Below are positions 7,350 through 12,503 of a DNA stretch of 12,503 nucleotides, in pieces. Source of the stretch: Promethearchaeota archaeon (lineage in GTDB: Archaea; Asgardarchaeota; Lokiarchaeia; Sigyniarchaeales; SOKP01). The stretch spans positions 1 to 12,503 of the forward strand of contig RDOA01000070.1 of NCBI GenBank assembly GCA_011364925.1, in the 5' to 3' direction. The position numbers and the translations under genes were made by a program. The notes under the pieces were generated by a model that was not told where the DNA came from, did no database searches, and was given only the letters and a program-made list of their open reading frames with translations. Within the stretch, counting starts at the first letter, position 1; every line of letters begins with the position of its first letter.

Positions 7350-10300
7350 ATGGAAATTAAAATTCGAGGAGCACGAGAACATAATTTAAAGGATATTGAT
7401 GTTGATATACAAGATGGGATTACAGCGGTAACAGGAGTATCAGGTTCAGGAAAAACTTCGCTTATATTTGACACATTATATAAAGAAGCGCGTCGTAGGT
7501 TTTTGGAAGCTTTTTCGGTCCGTAAAGATAAAGTAAACTTAAGCCCGGCGAAGGTAGAATCCATCAATGGACTTGGACCCATGATTGCCCTTGGTCAAAA
7601 TGTCCTAAATAGAAATCCTAATTCCACTCTTGCGTCAGCGACGGGTTTAATTCCTCTCTTTAAAATATTGTTCTCCAGATTTGGAGTAAGGAAGTGCCAT
7701 GTATGTGGTAATAAAATAACTGTATTACAAGAAGATGAGATTGTTGCCAAAATTGATAATTTAAGAAAGAAAGGGACCTTAAAAATATCTGCCTTATTGG
7801 TAAATAAAGTGAAAGGGAGTCATCATACGCTACTAGAACTTTTAGAAAAAGAATTTGGATCAGAAGCGGTTTTGGTAGATGGATCTTCTTTCACAACAAA
7901 TCTTAACCCAAAAGAACCTCACGACATTCAAATTCAAATTGGTCAAGTATCAGCAATGACCGATCTAAACACAATTAGAGGAATTATCCAAACTATAAGT
8001 TCATTAGGAGCAAATTCATTAATTATTGATACTAAATCAAGATCGATATCCATCTCTCGAGTTCCTGTGTGTTCGATATGCGGTACTTGGTTTGGAGATC
8101 TAGAACCGACTCATTTTACGAAAAACTGTCCTTATTGTAAGGGAGAGGGTTGCAAGCAATGTAATAACTCAGGGTATCACCCCCTCGCATCAAATGTTAC
8201 TTGGGAGGGACTATTTTTTACCGAGATCTTAGAAAAATCGGTAAAAGACTTAGTTTCTATTTTTTCTAGAGAAGATTTAGATGTCTCTGAAAGATTATTA
8301 CAGGAAATTAAGAAACGAGTTTTAGCTTTAAGCTCCGTTGGTTTAGATTACTTAGCATTGGATCGAATTTCTCCGACTCTATCGAGAGGTGAATCTCAAA
8401 GAGTTCGATTAGCTATAGCGTTATTAAGCGAGTTAGAAGATATAACTCATTTGCTTGATGAACCAACGATTGGTCAGCATCCTGCAGATACTGCACGAAT
8501 TTTACCTGTACTTCAAAAATTGGCAGGTCCAGTTATTTTTATTGAACACGATCGGGCAGCTACAGCGTTTGCAGATTATGTAATCGATATTGGACCCGGT
8601 GCGGGAAGAGAAGGAGGGAAAATCATATTTACAGGGACTTCTGCGGAATTATGGAAAGCTGATACTCCCACAGGTCGATATTTTAGTTTAAAAGACAAGG
8701 TAATTGCTCTAAAAAATAGACCAAAACCTCAGAGTTTTTTGACAATTAATAATGCTAATATGCATAACTTAAAAGATATAGACATTAAGGTTCCATTAAA
8801 TCGTCTAACGGTCGTTACAGGCGTTTCTGGTTCAGGAAAGAGCACTCTCGTAGAAGATGTTCTATATGCTACTTTGAAAGGAAAAAAGCCAATGGGATGT
8901 GATGGAATCATTGGTCTAAAAGTGAAACCTGTTATGGTAGATCAAGGACCAATTGGGAAAAATCCGAGATCGAATCCAGCAACATATACAGAGATCGCTG
9001 ATACTATTAGAAAATTGTTTGCCAAAGCTACTAAACTCAAAGCCACCTACTTTTCCTTTAATACTCCGGAAGGACAGTGTCCAACATGTAAAGGAATGGG
9101 TGCTCTCGAAATAAAGATGAGGTATTTGCCTTCTAATTGGCTTACTTGTCCAGATTGCAGTGGTCAAAGGTTTTCGGAAGATGTACTTGCTAAAACGGTA
9201 AATTTTGAAGGTAAAGAATATTCTATTGCAGAATTTTACGATCTTTCTATTTTAGAAGTTACAAAGATTTTTGAGAAAGAGAAAAGATTATCTACAGACG
9301 CTTTAAGCTCCATCAAGCAAATGCTAAAAGCTCTTAGTGACATTGGCTTAGGATATCTATCGCTTGGACAACCTTCTCCAACACTTTCAGGAGGGGAAGC
9401 ACAGCGAATTAAATTGTCAAAATATCTTGGGAGAAAATCCTTAAAGGATTCATTAATTATCCTTGATGAACCGTCAACGGGATTACATCCCCAAGATCTG
9501 GGAGGCTTATTAGCAATTTTAGATCGCTTAATTCGTAGTGGGGCTACTATTGTTATTGTAGAACATAATATAGACATCATCAGAGCTGCAGACTGGATCA
9601 TAGACCTTGGACCAGGTTCGGGACCAAGTGGTGGGACTGTCGTATATCAAGGTCCATTAAATCAATTTACGGAGGTAAAAAATTCTTTCACAGCTCAAGC
9701 ACTAAATGAAGAAAGTAAAATTTTACCATTAACTTCGAAAGAGAGAAAAGAAAGAAGAAGTTCAGAAAAGATTGTCATTCAAAACGCACATCTTCACAAT
9801 CTAAAAAATTTGAATGTTTCAATACCTAAAAGGAAACTTACTGTAGTCACGGGAGTTTCGGGGTCTGGAAAGTCTAGCTTGATGATGGATACGCTAGAAA
9901 AAGAAGCAAGTCGAAGATATTTAGAAACATTATCAATGTACGAGAGACAAAGTACTAAAGAAAGTAGCGAAGCTTTAGTAGAAAACATTCAAGGTTTAGG
10001 TATAACAGCTCTAATAACTCCTGAAAAAATTATGCAAGGGTGGTTTCTTAATCTTCGAAATACCATCGGAAAAGTTACTGAAATCACACTCCATTTGGCA
10101 AACATTTTCGCTTATATGGGTGAACGGGATTGCCCCAAATGTAATCAAAAAATGTTAAGGAAGGAAAAATGGTATTGCCCTAAGTGTAGTACTTCTATAC
10201 AACTTCCAAAACCAAGGCATTTTGTAAGTACAAACTACTCTGCGGCTTGTCTTAAGTGCCATGGAGTAGGCTCGTTTCAAGTCCCTAATCCAAATAAATT

Positions 10301-12221
10301 GATCATTCAACCTGAAAAAGCCCTTTGTAAAGGGGCCATGTATTCGCCGGGTTTCTTTCCTAAAGGTTTTCTATGTAAGCCGTATAATAGTGGTTACTAT
10401 GTTGTTCAAGCTCTCGCAACTCGCTATGGTTTTGATCCATTTGAAACACCTTGGAACGAAATGTCTGAAGCGGCTAAAAATGCTTTCTTATACGGTGATA
10501 AAAACCCTTTATATATAGACTATGAAAACAGAAAAGGAGAAGTACATAATCAGGAATTTGTTTTTCTGGGTTATTACGATCAATGGTTAAGAGATTGGGA
10601 TGTAGGAGGTACGTATACTGATAAAGAAGTATGTAATGCATGCAACGGAATGAAGTTACGACCGGAATATCTTGCTGTGACTCTTCTTGGATATAATATG
10701 CCGCAATTATGCGATCTTCCGTTAAAACACCTCTATGAAACACTAAAGGATGTAAGAATTGAAAAAAATATTCAAAGTTTTGTAAAAAATAGCCATAAAA
10801 TAATTCTAACCCGGTTAGAATTTCTTATTAAAACGGGATTAGGCTACATTAAATTGAATCGTGTCGCTGAGACTCTCTCTGCAGGAGAAGCTCAGAGAGT
10901 ACGTTTGGCAGGATTATTAGGCAGCGATTTATCATCGTTAACAGTCTTATTAGATGAGCCATCGAGAGGATTACATCCTTCTGAAATAGAGACATTGCTA
11001 GAAGTATTATACGAATTACGAGATAGGGGCAATACAATTATAATCATAGAACATGATCCCTTATTTATGAAAACAGCTGATTATATTATTGATATGGGAC
11101 CTGGAGCGGGAATTAATGGTGGTCAAATTGTAGCTAGAGGAACGCCAGAAGAAATTGAAAACTCAAAGAGTGTTACAGGAGACTGGTTAATAGGAAAAAA
11201 GAAATTTATGATATCAAGAGAACCTCGGAAATCTAAGAGTTGGTTAAAGGTTTTTGGAGCTAAAGAGAATAACTTAAAAGGTGATTTAGTTGAGATTCCT
11301 CATGGGTTAATAGTGGGGTTATGTGGGATTTCAGGTTCGGGGAAAAGCACTTTATTAATTGACACTTTAGGAAGAGCTCTCGTTCCTGCAAAGTATACAA
11401 CTTCAGTATCTCGAGAACCCGTCGATCCAGGAAAATATGAGAAGATTGAAGGCGCTTTACCCCAAACACTGCTAATAGATCAATCTAAAGTAAAAATTGG
11501 AAGCCCTTTGAAATATCTAGGAATAGAATCCTCTATAATAAAAATATACGCTGAAACTGAAGATGCAAAAATTTTAGGATTAAATGAAAAGAAATTAAAA
11601 ACGAGATGCTCTATGTGTGATGGACGTGGATATGTTAAAATAGATATGGACTTTTTACCAGATTTAATCGAAGATTGTGAAATTTGCAACGGTTCAGGTT
11701 ATCGGACTGAAGCTTGGCAAGTATACTTTAAAGGAGTATCGTTACCCAAAGTGAATAGTTTAACTATAGAAGAAGCATACAAATTATTTAGAGACAACGA
11801 AAGCATTGCTAGTAAATTAAAATATGCAAAGAAGGTTGGACTTGGTTATTTACAATTATCTCAACCCGCGCGCACACTTTCTGGAGGCGAAGCACAAAGA
11901 CTTAAAATTGTAAAAGAACTAGCTAAAAAATCTAATAAAAAAACGCTCTATATTTTAGACGAACCCACAATTGGTCAACATTTGGAAGACGTTTCTAATT
12001 TAATTAAGACATTAAATCTTTTAGTTGATAAGGGTCATACTGTAGTCGTTATTGAACATCATCCTCATGTCTTGGCGTCGTGCGATTGGTTAATAGAACT
12101 TGGTCCGGGAGCAGGTCCAGAAGGAGGTCGAGTGATTGCTAAAGGTTCTCCTAAAGAAGTCGCAAAATTAAATACGCCAACTGCATCGTACTTAAAAAAG
12201 GTAATGGAGGGTGGATTATGA
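7350..12221 (+). CDS. uvrA: Double-length UvrA-family ATPase (two fused UvrA units, four ABC modules)
   Basis: Four Walker A motifs (GVSGSGKTS, GVSGSGKST, GVSGSGKSS, GISGSGKST), four signatures (LSRGE, LSGGE, LSAGE, LSGGE), four LDEP, four EH loops, four D/E-x-GPGxGxxGG motifs and six Zn modules in one uninterrupted 1623-codon frame. Unit 2 starts near aa 807 (nt 9768). Confidence 0.92.
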   Translation: MEIKIRGAREHNLKDIDVDIQDGITAVTGVSGSGKTSLIFDTLYKEARRRFLEAFSVRKDKVNLSPAKVESINGLGPMIALGQNVLNRNPNSTLASATGLIPLFKILFSRFGVRKCHVCGNKITVLQEDEIVAKIDNLRKKGTLKISALLVNKVKGSHHTLLELLEKEFGSEAVLVDGSSFTTNLNPKEPHDIQIQIGQVSAMTDLNTIRGIIQTISSLGANSLIIDTKSRSISISRVPVCSICGTWFGDLEPTHFTKNCPYCKGEGCKQCNNSGYHPLASNVTWEGLFFTEILEKSVKDLVSIFSREDLDVSERLLQEIKKRVLALSSVGLDYLALDRISPTLSRGESQRVRLAIALLSELEDITHLLDEPTIGQHPADTARILPVLQKLAGPVIFIEHDRAATAFADYVIDIGPGAGREGGKIIFTGTSAELWKADTPTGRYFSLKDKVIALKNRPKPQSFLTINNANMHNLKDIDIKVPLNRLTVVTGVSGSGKSTLVEDVLYATLKGKKPMGCDGIIGLKVKPVMVDQGPIGKNPRSNPATYTEIADTIRKLFAKATKLKATYFSFNTPEGQCPTCKGMGALEIKMRYLPSNWLTCPDCSGQRFSEDVLAKTVNFEGKEYSIAEFYDLSILEVTKIFEKEKRLSTDALSSIKQMLKALSDIGLGYLSLGQPSPTLSGGEAQRIKLSKYLGRKSLKDSLIILDEPSTGLHPQDLGGLLAILDRLIRSGATIVIVEHNIDIIRAADWIIDLGPGSGPSGGTVVYQGPLNQFTEVKNSFTAQALNEESKILPLTSKERKERRSSEKIVIQNAHLHNLKNLNVSIPKRKLTVVTGVSGSGKSSLMMDTLEKEASRRYLETLSMYERQSTKESSEALVENIQGLGITALITPEKIMQGWFLNLRNTIGKVTEITLHLANIFAYMGERDCPKCNQKMLRKEKWYCPKCSTSIQLPKPRHFVSTNYSAACLKCHGVGSFQVPNPNKLIIQPEKALCKGAMYSPGFFPKGFLCKPYNSGYYVVQALATRYGFDPFETPWNEMSEAAKNAFLYGDKNPLYIDYENRKGEVHNQEFVFLGYYDQWLRDWDVGGTYTDKEVCNACNGMKLRPEYLAVTLLGYNMPQLCDLPLKHLYETLKDVRIEKNIQSFVKNSHKIILTRLEFLIKTGLGYIKLNRVAETLSAGEAQRVRLAGLLGSDLSSLTVLLDEPSRGLHPSEIETLLEVLYELRDRGNTIIIIEHDPLFMKTADYIIDMGPGAGINGGQIVARGTPEEIENSKSVTGDWLIGKKKFMISREPRKSKSWLKVFGAKENNLKGDLVEIPHGLIVGLCGISGSGKSTLLIDTLGRALVPAKYTTSVSREPVDPGKYEKIEGALPQTLLIDQSKVKIGSPLKYLGIESSIIKIYAETEDAKILGLNEKKLKTRCSMCDGRGYVKIDMDFLPDLIEDCEICNGSGYRTEAWQVYFKGVSLPKVNSLTIEEAYKLFRDNESIASKLKYAKKVGLGYLQLSQPARTLSGGEAQRLKIVKELAKKSNKKTLYILDEPTIGQHLEDVSNLIKTLNLLVDKGHTVVVIEHHPHVLASCDWLIELGPGAGPEGGRVIAKGSPKEVAKLNTPTASYLKKVMEGGL

Positions 12222-12503
12222 CTTGGATTCCACTTTTATTAACTGATCCCTCCCCATGTTTAAGATATTTGGTTTTAACTGAATTACTAAATTATTCTAA
12301 AAATGAAGAGGAAGTCCAAGAGTTATCGGAACTGCGAAAATCAGATCAACTTGTACAAAGTCTGTTTAAACTTCAAAAACGGGATGGATCTTGGGATTCT
12401 TTTGGTTTAATTCGGATAACTTCCAACAGTAATCTCCATATAACTTCTATGGCATTACAAAGATTGGGATATCTGGGATTTGATTTTAGAAATCCAGCAG
12501 TAC
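12218..12503 (+). CDS. 3'-truncated protein with QW motif; probable prenyltransferase/squalene-cyclase-like alpha-alpha toroid fold
   Basis: Not in the ORF track. ATGA overlap with the uvrA stop, GGAGG at 12206-12210, frame open to the window end: MTWIPLLLTDPSPCLRYLVLTELLNYSKNEEEVQELSELRKSDQLVQSLFKLQKRDGSWDSFGLIRITSNSNLHITSMALQRLGYLGFDFRNPAV. LQKRDGSW fits QxxDGxW and is followed by a TSMALQRL helix. Confidence 0.72.
   Translation, partial: MTWIPLLLTDPSPCLRYLVLTELLNYSKNEEEVQELSELRKSDQLVQSLFKLQKRDGSWDSFGLIRITSNSNLHITSMALQRLGYLGFDFRNPAV

Noticed and set aside
7320-7360. Readthrough or frameshift joining both uvrA genes into a triple-length protein
   Set aside because: The genes are in different frames. 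The first ends at a normal UvrA C-terminus with TAA and the second starts with its own ATG at a normal UvrA N-terminus.
341-11689. Short - strand ORFs (341-574, 1314-1526, 4121-4444, 4870-5229, 6220-6459, 7340-7582, 8729-8911, 8916-9167, 9236-9601, 9794-9988, 10474-10743, 10849-11037, 11260-11469, 11480-11689)
   Set aside because: They are antisense shadows of well-supported genes. Their recurring FPEPDTPV-like motif is just the reverse-complement translation of the Walker A codons.
7350-12221. Intein or assembly artefact as the cause of the 1623-aa length
   Set aside because: I saw no intein splice-junction or LAGLIDADG motifs. The length is explained by four ABC modules, and the two halves are highly divergent, so it is not a duplicated-read artefact.
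4838-12221. Calling either gene the canonical housekeeping uvrA
   Set aside because: None of the three units has both the UvrB-binding and insertion domains, and no uvrB or uvrC is in the window.

Overview
An AT-rich, gene-dense prokaryotic window. Archaeal-style signals (GGGGTGA/GGAGGT ribosome-binding motifs, TATA-like boxes, oligo-T terminator without a hairpin) suggest an archaeon, possibly Asgard/Lokiarchaeia-like, but this is inference. It opens with a 5'-truncated DrrA-like ABC ATPase and an ABC-2 (DrrB-like) permease, followed by a convergent ICMT/PEMT-family membrane methyltransferase. A tightly packed + strand cluster then runs PadR regulator > BtrH_N/C39-like cysteine hydrolase > Cys-rich DUF3795-like protein > single-length UvrA paralog (833 aa, no UvrB-binding domain) > double-length UvrA (1623 aa, four ABC modules) > 3'-truncated QW-motif (prenyltransferase/terpene-cyclase fold) protein that the ORF track misses. 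The main oddity is three UvrA units in tandem with a patchwork of accessory domains. In the double-length protein one half keeps the UvrB-binding domain but lacks the insertion domain, and the other half is the reverse. No uvrB or uvrC is in the window. The context resembles an inducible drug-resistance or detoxification locus (DrrABC-like logic) more than housekeeping excision repair.
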